From Camelus dromedarius (taxonomy: Eukaryota), in NCBI RefSeq assembly GCF_036321535.1, contig NC_087437.1:95544001-95608000 (forward strand): DNA of 64,000 nucleotides, in the 5' to 3' direction. The position numbers and the translations under genes were made by a program. The notes below the pieces were generated by a model. The model was not told the origin of the DNA. It was given only the letters and a program-made list of their open reading frames with translations, and made no database searches. Of the stretch, positions 12,926 to 26,676 are shown piece by piece (positions within the stretch are counted from its first letter, which is position 1; the number at the start of each line of letters is the position of its first letter).

Positions 12926-15900
12926 TTAAATAGTGCAGGAACTCAGAGAGGGACATGGTTATAAACTCTACCCTGGAGTTGGTAGACTGGGCCTGGGACA
13001 GGACTTCCCAAACATGAGGACAATGCAGATACAGATTTTGGACAGCCCTGATGACAACGTCATTGAACTTGAAGTTCATCCTGTAGACAGGGAGAATCAT
13101 TGATAGCTTTGGAATGTGAGAGTGACACAGTACAACCATCCTGAAGATCTCTACCTTTAAAGTGAGCAGGGGAGAGTAACAGACTCCATCATCGGATCAG
13201 GTATCATGTGTGCCTAGCATGTAATAACTCCGTGAGAGAGATGTTAAGAATACATATTTTTTGATTATTAGCAAAGCTTTGTGTTAGATTTGTGGTATTA
13301 TTATATACAGAAATTTTATGTTTCTGATATTCTATGTGTGTTGTAGTGTGTTGTCTGACTGTCACTCATTGAAATTTTTATAAAATATATTTTGTTCTAT
13401 CAGTGGAATCTGAAGTCATTCTAAAGGTAAAATTCACTTGTTAATATCTCATGCTATAGCATAATATTATTGCTACAAATTAAAAACTCAAGGTAAGTCT
13501 TAAGTTGATGAAGCACAAAAAAGTGGATTGCCATGTTTGTTTTCCTTTTTTCAGAGAAAAAAATATTTTTTTCGGTTTATCTCAATACAGAATTTAAAAG
13601 ACTTGATAGCAGAATAAGATAATACAACCATGAAATTTTTAACAAGAAGGATGTAGTATACTGAAGATAATATAGTTGCTTTCTAAAAGGAGGTCTGATT
13701 TTTTCTAAAAATGATATGAGTACTGTCACCTCTGGCCCCTATTTATTGAGGCAGTTCGATGTTTTCAGAAAAACCAATGGACATGAAAGGGTCATTGATG
13801 ACATGGCACTAACTACTTTTAGCCTCTAAAGAAATGACAGCAGCTGTGGAGAACTTCTAGTGTCACAAGTTCAGGATGGATTTGACAAAGGAACTTCTCT
13901 GGAGAAATATAATTTTTAAAGTATTGACCTTCTAAGAAGAACATGTTTGAGGTACAAGTGGAGGAGAATAAACTTTCAAGGCTTGGCACTTCCATAAGTG
14001 AGACTATGTCTGTGGAGAAAAGTGAGGAGATTAACCATGAGCCTGAGTCTCCCATACTTCAACTTGCAGTTGTTTAAATGTTCTCAAAGAAACAAAAATA
14101 CCCTAATAATTAAGAGATAAGGGATTTTTAGTATGCCTGATCCTGTCCAATAAATGCCAGTCATCCCAGTTAGTTCGACCCCCAAAGGTCGAGTTTCCCT
14201 CACCACACACACGCGTAACATCTAAACACCTCTCCGTGGGCCACTGCTAACCCTGGTTTCAAACTGCTGGTCCAGCTGGACCAAATTTTCTCCCTCTCTG
14301 CAATTCCAAGGGAAAAGCAGAACAACAGGATGAAAATCAGGCTTGGGTAGATGAGGAGGTGGAGGAAGAAAGACTTAAAGCTGAGTTTTATCTACGTACA
14401 TGAAAATAAGTATCATTATGCCAGAAAACATACTGTATCAGACTTGCAGAATTAAAATTAAATTGAAAGCAGGAGATATGTCATCTTCAAAAAATTTTTA
14501 AACCTTAAAGAAGTTCATTTTTACTTAAAGCTAAATAATCTTGCGGCTCATTTGATGAAAGAGTTGAAGGATTAAGCACATTTTGTGGTGTCATATTTAA
14601 TTAACTCTATAAATGAGCAAGACTATATTTTAGACAAATAGACTGAGTAAATTTGGGAAGCAGTGACTAGAAACACATTACAAGTCTTAAGCAATGCTAG
14701 AGTGGTGGGCTTGGACTAATGCCTAGGTTGCAAAAGTCTTTAAAATAGTTTACCAGGCCCTAGAAATTGTTAGAATGAAACATTCCTAGTGATACAGAAT
14801 TTAACTGTAGACAAGGTGTTAAATGTAAGCAATTATTCATATAATTTAAACTGAAACATACGTTTGCCTCAATTACCTAGATTTTTCAGCTGACACACTT
14901 TTGGCTTGGATTATTCATTTTAATTGCAACAATTCTACAAGTCTCTTTGCATTCATAGACAGTTGTGGATTCAGAGAAATTATTTGGTCTGCTTCTTGAC
15001 ATTCTTGTCACACAGCTATGCTCAGAACACTCCCCAAAACTTCAAAATTCTTGAGTAAAATGGTGTGAGTTGCATCTCAGTTGCACTCAGCGGGGAGCAA
15101 AGAGCTTAGGAGAGAGTGTGGAAAATTGCTTAGCTGGTCCTTTCGATTATTGAGAAGAGAGAATAATCCAGAAAGGGACTGTCCACCTCCCACAGCAATG
15201 TATTATCTGATTAACTCAAGGTAGTTGATATCAGAGTGTACCCAGATTCAATGGATTGCGCCACAAAAATCCGTGAAAGGATTATCTTATTAGCAGAGGG
15301 AAAACACATAAAGAAAATTGTTATATACAATAGATAGGAGTACATGACAAATCTTCAAGCAGCATAGCCTCAATGAAAATATTAAGGTCAAATGTATGTA
15401 CATCCAAGCTGAAAGGCAGAATATCAAAGTAGTTAAGGCAGGTGCTTTACAAAAAGATGGGGAAATATAAAATAGAGAAATATAATGTGGAAAAAACTGG
15501 AAACTGACAGCATGTACTTTGCAGCAAGAAATTTGTTGACATATATTTGGAAACAATAATTCTTTAATTAAGAACTATAAAGAGCATAAGTAGATTCTTG
15601 GATATTGCTGCAGTGTAGGTCGCCAGGGCCTTAACAAAAGGAGATGGGGAAATGTTTTTATAGATTGGCAAAAGCTGTAGCAAGACATGTTCTTTGATCC
15701 TGGCAGGATTTTAATTGCTTTGTTGTTGATTGGCATGAAACTATGCTCAAATGAAGGAAGAACATATTTCGTGAGCTATTGCAAGGATTGCTTTCTGATA
15801 CACTTCATTGAACAGCTTAGGTGGTTAGAGGCTATTTTTGGACGATAGCCTAGAAATGGTTCTGAGTAGGATAAATAAGGCTGAAATAGAAGAAAGTTAC

Positions 15901-17555
15901 TATTTCACACCATAATCACAATAACCTTCATTTTAAAATACTCTAGAGAGGTCAGGAAAGAAACAAGTACATTACAGAGAGAAGTATACAAAATCTTAAT
16001 TGGAAGGATGTCTGAAATGCTTGGATAAATTTTGACTGTACTCTTAATAGAAATGAATAGCTGCACTCAAGCTGTAGTTTCCTTTGGGGTTCAGAGCACC
16101 TGTGTGTGTGTGTCTGTTTGTGTGTGTGTGTACATGCTCATAAAAAAGCCTGAGCAAGTAAAATGAACAAAGAGTTTCTGTGGGTTGCTCTTTCTGGACT
16201 CCCTTCCTGAAAGATGAGTTAAGACATAGTGTGACAAGACATGACAAGAGGAGCAACAGCCAGACCATTGTGAGTTCTTGACAAAATACTTTGTGTACAG
16301 TTACTTTCCCAAGAGATTCATTACCCTGCATTTTAGATCAAGAACAAGGGAGTGTTTAGGAACTGGGATCCTTCATAAAATGTCTGTTTTCTCCCTATGA
16401 TTGTTTCCAAGGCTAAAAGTACATTAAGAAAGCTAACCTGTATGGAGCCCATCCTGTGTGACCCAAATTGGGAATTTTTTTTCCCAAAAAATACATACTT
16501 TTGAGCTTTGTGGCTTTGTGTAGACTTTGCCTGACAGCATTTGCTTCCACATTCAAATATATCCATGGCATGTCCTATTTTTTAAAGTACAGGCTTATGA
16601 ATTAATTTTTGAAAGTTATTCCTGTAGTGGTGCAGAAGAAGCATTTAAGGTTCTCATGAACTAGGTTGATTGCTTCTTCCTACTATCCATGACAATTCTA
16701 GCATCTGGATGAAAGCATACAAATAATTTTGCTAGTAGAGTTCCTTTAATATCAAGAATAAACTACTGATTAAAATGTTTTATTCTCACATTTCAGTCCT
16801 GTCTGCATGACAATTCACATCAAGATGAAAACTGAAAGAGATACTCATCTGTGTATTTCCTACATATGATGCCAAGCACCCAGCCATGGAGAGAAAACTG
16901 AATAATGAGTAAATTTCCACTTCATCCCAGGTGTTTACTCTGGAACCATCAGTGGTTTTATAGGCTTCCTGCTCCCTATAAAGAACACCCTCTCTAGCTG
17001 CCACTTCTAATCAGGACGTTTCTCTGGCTTCCCTGGTTTGCGTCACGTTGCCTTTCCCTAGGCTTCTCTATAGCCTCTTCAGATTGTTCCCTCAGGATGA
17101 TTGTCGGGGTTCTGTGTGTTGCTTTTCTCCATGATTCTACTCCTTGGACTGCTCATTGTACTCTTTGCCCTTCAGCCATTGAGCCAGTAACACTTCTATC
17201 AGTCATCTGACTTAAGCACCAGTGTCTCAACCTAACCAGGAGCTTGTGGGCCTTGCTTCTCTGCAAAGAGGTATTTGATATTCTACTGACAGAGCTGTTT
17301 TGGGGGACAGTGTGTTTAGAAAAGGACAGTTGTCTCTTTCTATGCAAGAACTGGTTCTGACTCAAGAGAAATCTCTCCCTACAGCTGAGTAAACAAGGAT
17401 CAAGGTACCAGAATCAGGTTGTTGATGGAGGAATAATGACCCTGAAAGGGAGGGTAGCTCAATGTAATCAGCCTCCCCCCCCCCCGCCCCCACTAATACC
17501 AGGGCAGAATGATGGAATTGTCCCTCTCCCCCTCCTACCACCAATATACACATTG

Positions 17556-17598
17556 TTCAGCTTCTCCTTTTTTTTTTTTTTTTTCAGCTTCTCCTTTT
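17556..17598 (-). repeat. T-run flanked by 16-bp direct repeat (poly(A)-only insertion or small duplication)
   Basis: ttcagcttctcctttt at 17556-17571 and 17583-17598 separated only by T's. Confidence 0.9.
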
Positions 17599-17607
17599 GA
17601 GACTTTA

Positions 17608-17673
17608 TTTTCACAAATAAAGTGCCTTGGGATTTCTCTGTTTTCACAAATCAAGTGCCTTGGGATTTCTCTG
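17608..17673. repeat. 33-bp tandem duplication (1 mismatch)
   Basis: ttttcacaaat(a/c)aagtgccttgggatttctctg x2. Confidence 0.97.
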
Positions 17674-18450
17674 TTTCAAAGATAGTCCTGAAGAGAATTT
17701 TGATAAGGAGTATATCATTGCAATCTGTGACAGAGTGTGAAGATACCACTAATTCATTAAATATTCCTACTCAATTGCCTACTTTGTCTTATTTCAGAGT
17801 GGTTTCAGTTCAGCCTTACTGTAAAATAAATATGCATCCTGAGTAAAAGCAAGTGGTAACCTGTCTCCCCAACTTTCTGATATTCAGTATGTAGAAGGTG
17901 GCTCATGAGAAAGAGGGTTAAATAAACATCTGGCATAAACGTCAGTAACCAAGCAGCTCACACATTTCCTCTTGCAGCTCTTCACTCTCTCTGCACTGTT
18001 GCCTAGAGAGATTTGCAGATTTGCGGTAAATGAGGAGGGGCACCTCTTCCTCCTTCCACTCATATCAGTGGAAACAGTGTTCCTAAACTCAAAGCAATAC
18101 CTCCACCTGGGCTTTTATTTGATCCCCTACTTTGCCTACTTTGGCACCTTTCTCCATCGAATATCATCTCTCTTTCCTAGATTATTGATTTCTTTTTAAA
18201 TGTCATTAATTACAAAAACAGTTTTATCCGAAGGACCAATGACCTTTTTAATATTGAATCTAAAGAAATTTGTTTTTTAGTTGAAAATTCTACTTTTCTG
18301 GTTGACTTCCTTGACTTCTTTTCTTCTCTTTCTACTTCTGCAACAGTGTCTTTCACAAGATCTTTTTCTTCATCCATACTTTATTAATGTTCCCTTATTG
18401 CAATCTTTTTGATTTTTCCCTCCTTATATTGCATTTCCCTTCATGTCTTT

Positions 18451-19327
18451 TTTTTTTTTTTGACATCCCCATGACTTACTTATTTTCCATCTGGGAGATT
18501 GTACCTCTTTTTCAAAATGGGTGACGATTTTGCCCACTACCCCCAACCCTCCTCCTCTCTGGCAACCATCAATCTGTGTCTCTGGATCCATGACTTTTGT
18601 TTTGCTTTATTTGTTTGTTTTGTTTTTTCAGATCCCACATATGAGTGAAATTATACTGTATTTGTCTTCTCTTTCTGATTTATTTCATTTAGCATAAAAC
18701 CCTCAAGGTCTGTCCATGCTTTTGCAAATGGCAAGATTTCATTCTTTTTTTATGGCTGAGTAGTATTCCATTGTATATGTACACCACATCTTTATCCATT
18801 CATCACTGATGGACATTTGGCTATTTGGTTTCCATATCTTGGCTATTATAATTCATGCTGCAGTGAACATAGGGGTTCACAAACCTTTTTGAATTAGTGT
18901 TTTTGTTTTCTTTGGATAAATACCCAGAATTGGAACTGCTGGATTATATGGTAGTTCTGTTTTTAATTTTTTGAGGAATCACTATACTGTTTTCCATAGT
19001 GGCTGCACCAATTTACATTCCTACAAATATTGCAGGAGGGTTCCTATTTCTCCACATCCTCACCAACACTTTTTATTTCTTATTCTTTTGATAATAGCCA
19101 TTCTGGCAGGTGTGAGGTGATATCTCATTGTGGTTTTGATTTGAATTTCCCTGATAATTAGTGAGCATCTTTTCGTATGCCTGTTGGCCACCTGTATGTC
19201 TTCTTTGGAAAAATACCTATTCAGATCCTCTGCCCATAGTTGGGTGGTTTGTTTTTTTGTGTGTGTATTATAGACCTGTATGTGTTCCTTATATATTTTT
19301 GATAGTAATCCCTTATCAGATAACCTC
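18451..19327 (-). mobile_element. 5'-truncated L1 (3' UTR plus ORF2 C-terminal remnant) with TSD
   Basis: Poly(T) start; tatggctgagtagtattccattgtat; gtggctgcaccaatttacattcc; ggtgtgaggtgatatctcattgtggttttgattt; TSD tcatgtcttt at 18441-18450 and 19328-19337. Confidence 0.95.
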
Positions 19328-19964
19328 TCATGTCTTTAACCACTGTTAACACTCTTATGGATCTCAGATCAGTGCTGCATACTCATAGATTTGTCTGAAG
19401 AACATCTCCATGTAGAGGTTTTGTAAGTAATTCAAACTTAGTATTATGTCCAAGTCATATTTCCCCTCAAACCTATAGTCCCTCCTGTATCCTCTATTTT
19501 AACTTCCCAGAGAGTCCAGGCTAGCCACATGCAATCATTATGGACCCTCTTTCTTTCACTGTCCCCACCAGACTACCTCATTCACCAAGGACTGAAGAGT
19601 CAGCATCTAAATCCCTCTTTTAACCAGCCTTGTTCTCAACTGCCACACTTGAAATCTGAGTAGAATGCAGTTCTTCTGAATGGTCCTCAGCTTCCAGTAG
19701 AGCTCCCCTTGTCTATTTCATCTTCCATAATGCAGCTAAAATGTAAATTTGATCATATGATGCTCCTTCATTAAAAATTGCTATATTTTCCCCTAGAGCT
19801 TTCAGGGCAAAGATAAATATCTTAACCAAGTGTTTTAAGTTCTTTTTTCTTCTGATGTCTGTCTAACTGCTTTCTCTTCTGCTCCTCCCCTCACATTTCA
19901 TTTACTTAGAAAGAGTGAGCCCTTTGGGTTATGTTCTGTGTCATTTATCCCTATGCAATACAAA

Positions 19965-19965
<1 letters not shown>

Positions 19966-20013
<48 letters not shown>

Positions 20014-20038
20014 AACAAACATATACACATACGTACAC
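19966..20038. repeat. (CA)n microsatellite followed by (CAAA)n
   Basis: Direct reading. Confidence 0.98.
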
Positions 20039-20517
20039 AGGATACATACGGATTTTCTTCCTAATTACTGACTGTTTTCAAAGTGACATTTCCGGGAATT
20101 TGTTTTTAAGCTCACAGTCTGATTTAGGCTCATCCACTCTTACTTGTTCATTTGTTATCACGATGCTCTAATCAGAGACCTACTTACCGATATTCCACAT
20201 CAGACTGTGAATTGTTTTGAGGGCAGACTGTGTCTTAATTAACTTCATTTCATATCCTCATGACTGGGCAGAGATGCTGATACATGGCTAGCATCATTTT
20301 TTGAATGAAATTTAGCATGGTAGGAGTCCCCCCCCCCCCCCCCCGCAATTTCTCATTCTTGTGGTGAGGGCCCTGGTCTGTGTTTAACCAAGCTAACAGA
20401 AGAGGGTATTTATAAAAAAGCAAATGTGGGACTCTTACTATGCTAGTGAAAGTAGATGCCTTGTTATGATCTGATGAGGGACTTAAAAACCAAAATAAAC
20501 AACTCTTCTGTGCTCCC

Positions 20518-20571
20518 TCTGGCTTCAGTGTTTGTTTGATGATCTGGCTTCAGTGTTTGTTTGATGATCTG
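20518..20571. repeat. Perfect 25-bp tandem duplication
   Basis: tctggcttcagtgtttgtttgatga x2 plus tctg. Confidence 0.98.
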
Positions 20572-23004
20572 ATGGTAAATTTTTTTTACTTGTCATTGTA
20601 CCTGCCTGCCTTTTCTACAGTTAAGAGTATTAACAAGAGGCTAAAAAAAAAAAAAAAAAAAAAAAAAAATGACAGCTAAAATATTCTATATGCTAGGATC
20701 CATGAGAGCTCCAAGAATGTGGTTTATATGTGACTTTACATTTTGGTAGAGCTGATTTCCAGACAAAGATTTCAGAGAAAAGTATGAGAGCCAGTATTGG
20801 TGTAGTGGAAGTTTGTCAATCTTTGCTTTTCCCTGTAAAAATAAAATGGCAGATCATGTGTTTTATCACTAAAAAGAGACACCAAAAGCTGATATTCAAA
20901 TGCAGATGTATAATTTTAACTAAAGAAGCTACTTCTGGGAAATGTAAGATAAACTTATTTTTAAATCTTTCCTGGCTATATCTTTAAATAATATACTCTA
21001 GTAATTCTTCTGTAGCCACCAGACACTTTTCAGATGAAGCCTCTCTTAGTTTAAAGCACTGGATGTAATTGTTAATCTGATAAAAGTGCAATAAATACAC
21101 CTTTTTCTTCCCTCTGTATTTCTAGGCAATTTTGACAGCCTTTTTTATATTTATTGTACTGTTTTCAGATTAAATATTGAACCCATTGCTGTAAATTTAA
21201 AGGCACATCACTTGAAAACATGTTGAGCGTTATTTAAATACATAATTTACATATTGTTTAAGTTTATTCTCTGTTTCCCAATATTGTGGACACCTTGAAT
21301 TATATAGATATTACAGATTACACGTTTTGAAGGATGTAAGAAATTTCATAAGTATGTTAGGTGAAAAAAATCAGGATATAAATGCACAATTTTATATACA
21401 TAACAATATCAAACTTATAAATATGTTTTGGGAGAAAATATATGTTAAAAGTGATTATCTCTACTGATGTAATTTCCTGAATTAGCCAAGTTTTTAAAAG
21501 GAATATTTCTTATTCTTTATGAGTTGGAAATTTATTTTCCAAATTTTTGTTATTTTCCTGATGGTTTTCACAGAAATACAAAATAGAATCAATCCTTAAG
21601 AACATTTTAGCAAGTTTGGGAGGGCAGCTTGGGTGTTGGTGTTGGGTGATTTTCAGCACTCCTCTGGTTGGTAAGTCTGAATTAATGATATTTGACTTAA
21701 TCCTGCTTTTGAATGGTTAGTTTTGATCACAGTCGAGAGCATCTATTTCACAGTGACAATCCAAAAACCTGTTTGATAATGTTTACTGACAATTACAGGC
21801 TTAGACTAAGAAGTAGCAACAGGGAGTAAACCAGTCTTTGAATAAAGTTGGCCTCAAAATGAACAACAGTAGGGGACTGATTGGCTCAGTTTTATTTAAC
21901 ATTTTTAAGCCTGATCTTTGACATTTTCATTAGTGAGCAGAAATAGCGCACTGATGCAATTCTCAGGTGGCTCACAGAGGAAAATGCTAAACATACCAGA
22001 AACAACTAAATAATTCAGAAGATCCCACTATGTTTAAAATCGGAGTTATACGTGGAGAAATTTTAGAATGTGACAGAATAGAAAGCTAGGCAATATTCCT
22101 CCCCCAGCCCATTCTGGAGAAGACAAAAATATTAATGGAAATCAACCATTGTGTTGTCAATATTACAAAGATTTATTGAAATTGTTGGGCTGTGTTGTGA
22201 AATATTGGGGCAATTTTATTCTTGTTTTCACAACTAATTATTGGAAAGGTTTACGAAAATAGAAAGTCTTCCAACATCATTCCTATGAACTACAGAAAAA
22301 AAAAGAAAAATAAGAATTAATCAACTAAATCATGTTTAAGCAATTACACATGCTAACACATATTATAACATAAAGACTGAAAGTAGAGGGGACATTTCTC
22401 ACTGAACTTTCATCAGGTTATATACTTGCTACTTTGGCTGCCCATTATTGCCTATCATGTTGATTCTCAAATATGAAATGAGCACATCACTAGGGTTATG
22501 TGCGATTATGCAGAGAATTGTAATATAAGATCATGGAGGAACATGGACCATTTCCTAAAATTCAATTGTTAAGATATTAATAAATCTTAATATTCATGGA
22601 TATATTAATGTCACTGGAGAACAGTCTTTCAGTGTTGTTTAAGTCAATGTTTAAGTAACAAGTCTAGAACAATCTCTCCATGTTATCGAAGCCATACTCC
22701 AACCCCTGCAGATAAAGCCTCTATATAAAAATGGGTTTAAAGTTCAAATAATAGAGTTAATACTGAGCATTAGGAATTGAATCTGTTCCTGAAATAAGAA
22801 TCACCTGTACAGATCTCATTTCTTCCGTCAGTTGTTCACTGATTTAGCAATATTTATAGAGACAAACTATTTCCAATTATTGTAGAAACTAAGTTTGATG
22901 ACCTCCTGTTGTTGAAACTGGAAGTCTTAATGGCAGTGTATCATGACATTCTTTTAAACTTTTTCCTCTAGCTCTGTCGGGCACAAAGTGTGTTTGCTCT
23001 GACT

Positions 23005-23200
23005 AAGGCATGGCAGCATAGTGAGAGATTTTGGAGTCGAACTTTCTAGATTCAAATCCTGGCCTGAAAACTCACTCTCCCGCATAGAGTAAATGATTCA
23101 ACATCTCTGAGCTTTAACTCTTCATCTTTCAATGAAAGTATTACTGTTAGGCTCTTAGCACAGTTTCTTGCCATGATAAGGACACCAGAATACTCGCTAC
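23005..23200 (+). mobile_element. MIR SINE
   Basis: ttttggagtcgaac...ttcaaatcctggc...tctctgagctttaactcttcatct. Confidence 0.75.
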
Positions 23201-26137
23201 TGTTTTTCAAGGCATTTACTTTCTTTTTTTTTCTTTCTTTTTTTTGGAAGGGGAAGGATATCATGAAAAAAAAATCTCCTGCAGTGCAAGTAATTTCAAT
23301 TGCTGCCTGTAACTTTTATTAATCTCATATTGTGTGTGTGTGTGTGCGCACGCATATATGTGGAGGAAGAAAAATTAAATGTGTATATGGAAAATGGGAC
23401 AGTCATGTTATGATGACAAGAAAAGGGATTTAAAGGTTAAGGGTCAAAAGTCCCTGAAGTCATCAGTCCTCCGTAACGCAAGATTGAAAAGACAAACAGG
23501 TTAGAGGGGTTCCTCAACTGAGAAATTGAAGCACGGTGTAAATCTGGTGAAATGCTATCTCTAAATTTCAGAAACACCTCAGCTAAAACACTATTCAGTA
23601 TCAGAGGAATTATGCATGATTGTGCACTGTTATTATAGATTGGGAATGTATTCTGATAGGCTTCTAAACAGGCAGAAAGAGAGAAGACTGATAATACAGT
23701 GTGAGGTAATCATTTAAAACAAATCAGATATTTTCTTGTATTAATGTTTATAAATTAAGATAATGCTGTAGCCTGACTAAAATTTTTTTCAATTTATTTG
23801 AAAACTCAATAATGTGTACTCAGCATTTCAGACCATAGGGATAATTGGTTTTAAGGGCAATCCTATCAACTTTTAATTAATTCTTTGGAAGTCTTGGAAC
23901 AGAAGAGAGAGCATAAAGTAATGCTGTAAATGGGTTATATGACCCTCACTTCATTCAAAACCATGTTTCAAAAGGAAATCCATATGTGCAATACTTCTAA
24001 ACTTCAGCTAAAAATAGTTTTAATGACCAAAAATTCCCAAAGTTGAAACAGAAAAAGAAATATGCCTATTCCTTGTTATTGAACTGTTTTGAGAAGAAAA
24101 TCTCAAAAATCAAAATGAATTAATCAACCTCCTTTTCCTAAGAGAACTCATGAAGGCGAAAAAAAGTGATGATCTCTAGTCCTCTTGGGAATGAATAATG
24201 AGGGAAGATTTAACTCAAGTTCATAATTGCACCTAGTACATTCATCTTCTTCACAGAAGTGGTAGAGCCTTTCCTTCAAAAAAATGTTTATATATTCAAA
24301 CAACTATGCCTACCTGGGTTAATGCCACATTTTAAACAGTAAAAAAAAAATAGTGCAAATCAATTTATGTAATCTCAACTAGGAATACTGAATTTAGGAG
24401 AGAATATTGACTTGAACCTCGTAAACTGAAAGGACTAACTATGCTTTGAGTTGAAGATTGAAGAAAGTAATGCACATACAATTTCCTCAGAATCACCTTT
24501 TTTTTTTTCTTTCAGATTTTAGTGTAGAGTTTTGATACATAAAGATTTTTTTTCATATGAAAGACTTTACTTATACATAATGGCTTCTTCAAAATCTGAT
24601 TGTGGTTTGGGGAAAGTGGTGTCTGTTCTAGCTGTATCGTGTTTAATATCCTATCCCAGGGAAGCGGGGTTCACGCAGGCTCAACCCAGATCCCATATGG
24701 AGTTAAAGCACTTTGCCATAAGGAGTGTATTTTACCAGAGAGAATAGAAGGACCAGGTTGCTGGTCTGTATTGCCTGTATTTGCTAGTGTTAAAGAATTG
24801 CATTCTGCCTTGCTCAGAAAAAAAAAACAAAAAAAAAAAACAATTAGTGACTTTTGGTCTTCATTAAGTATATGACTTGTTCAGATTAGCAGCTGTTACC
24901 TTCAGAAAGGGAGGGAAAGGTACAGAACGTGGAGAGATTTAATTGTGCTGTGGGAATTAAGAGAGATTGGAAGATCAAGTTATCTTTTGGGAAGTTATAT
25001 AACAGAGGAAATTTAAATATCTAGGGAACATCATGAAGTCAGTCAAACACCTGGTGTGGGAAGAGGGTACTATTCTTAGACCATCTGCTTCCATACTTGG
25101 CCATGTACCAGTCGTGTCTGTCCATACCCACTTCTGCACCAGAATTCCTGTTACTAAAGAAATGTTTTAACTTGGTTCTTTCTCCAGAGAGATGCAAATG
25201 TATTGGCCAATAAAGCAAATAATTTGGTACAGCTATGTTCAATGTGAATACTGTTCCACTTTGGGGTTCATTTTTAACTTCAAATATTGTGGAATATTTA
25301 ATTCTAAAAATTCAAAACAAACCCTTTGAGGGGTAATTTTAGAACAAACCCCTTATTTACCATGAAAACATTAGCTTTCATCCTGCACTTCTAATAAAAT
25401 ACTCTCTGCAGTTGTAGATAAATAATAGATGTTAAGTTGAGGAGTGAGTTGAGTGTAGAAAGAGGAGGTAGTTTGGGGCTAAGAATAAAGTAAAGCCCAA
25501 CTTCTATATTGAGTTTGGACATTAAAATACTGTATTAGAGGCTAATTATACTAAAATTTTTGAGAGCATATCAAAGGTGAACATTGCTTACTTGGATTTG
25601 TTTTTTCGGTTATTTTTTTTTTTTTTGCACAAATCAAATGCTAAATCACTACAGTGCCTTACAGTACAAACAACACAAAGTTAATAATATTCTAGGTACA
25701 CAATAAAGTTGAAGAGTTTGGTTTCTTCCTTGCCTCAATCTTGCTAATGCTTACTGTTGTCTTCATAAAGTTTTCTTTAATTTTCTTCTTTTTTACTTTA
25801 TTCACTTCTATTCCAAAGTCATTCAAACTATCTCTTTTGCCTCTACTGATCTATGAAAAAATACTATTTTTCAAAATTCTTTTTCTAAATAAAGGTGCCA
25901 GCAAAACTGCTCTCTAGGCAAGTTTCCAAGCTGGTTTTAAGCTTTTTGTTGAGACTTTTAGTGAAAAATATCTTAAATGTTCTTTTCTGTAAGCAAAGAG
26001 ATGATATTAATTTCCCCAAAAACTTTTTTTTCTGGTCTTGTAATTTGAAATATATCATTATTATTGTTTCATTAGGTTTCCAGTTTCCATTACCTGTATC
26101 TCTTTTCTTGGACTTCAGAGCTATTACCTCTAGACTT

Positions 26138-26305
26138 TGTTTTATTTTCTTCAGCTTTGTTGAGGTGTAATTGACAAATAAAAATGTACATATTTGTGGT
26201 ATACAACTTGATGTTTTGATAGATGTATACATTATGAAATGATCACCACAATCAAGTTAATTAACATAACCACCTCACATAATTACCATTTTCTTTTTCT
26301 TTTAC
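26138..26305 (-). mobile_element. L1MA-type 3' end
   Basis: cagctttgttgaggtgtaattgacaaataaaa...gaaatgatcaccacaatcaagttaattaacat. Confidence 0.9.
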
Positions 26306-26676
26306 TTTTATAAATAGATGTTGTCTTTTGATCGTATGCAACTCTAGGTAAGATGGGCAGAGAAAGAAAAAGTAGAAAATGCAGTTAAAAATAAGTGGAC
26401 TGAAAGGAAGAGGCAGCACAAGGGGCCACGTCAGAATTCATGCCAGGGAGAGGTTTCACTGCAGGGAGGAAGAAAAGTCTAGTAGGATGAGTGCCTTTGA
26501 GGTAGCAGATCTGGTAGAATTCTCAGATTGGAAAGGAGTTTGCTGGAAAGAGGAGATGGAAACACCATTTTTAGAATACCATTTGGAAAATACTGGTAGT
26601 AAAGAAAATTAAAGATGGTACTACAGCTTGCATGTGAAGCTGGGTTGTTGAAAGGTAATAGACTACAGTGGAGTTA

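Larger units (their letters stand above)
18030..20310 (+). mobile_element. L2 LINE interrupted by L1 and a (CA)n repeat
   Basis: catctccatgtagagg...ttcaaactta; aaatgtaaatttgatcat; 3' end cagactgtgaattgttttgagggcagactgtgtctta...ttgaatgaa. Confidence 0.7.

Noticed and set aside
13404..13498. Strong donor aag|gtaagt with upstream acceptor
   Set aside because: Intervening sequence is very AT-rich and intron-like; isolated consensus donors (also near 21671 and 47828) are common by chance
17608..17673. 33-bp direct repeat as a CRISPR-like array
   Set aside because: Only two adjacent copies, no spacers, no cas genes, mammalian DNA
20465..20575. Possible C/D-box snoRNA (tgatga ... ctga)
   Set aside because: C box lacks the leading purine, there is no convincing terminal stem, and part of the motif repetition comes from the 25-bp duplication
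24490..24875. Strong acceptor followed by overlapping ORFs
   Set aside because: No good donor and no recognisable peptide
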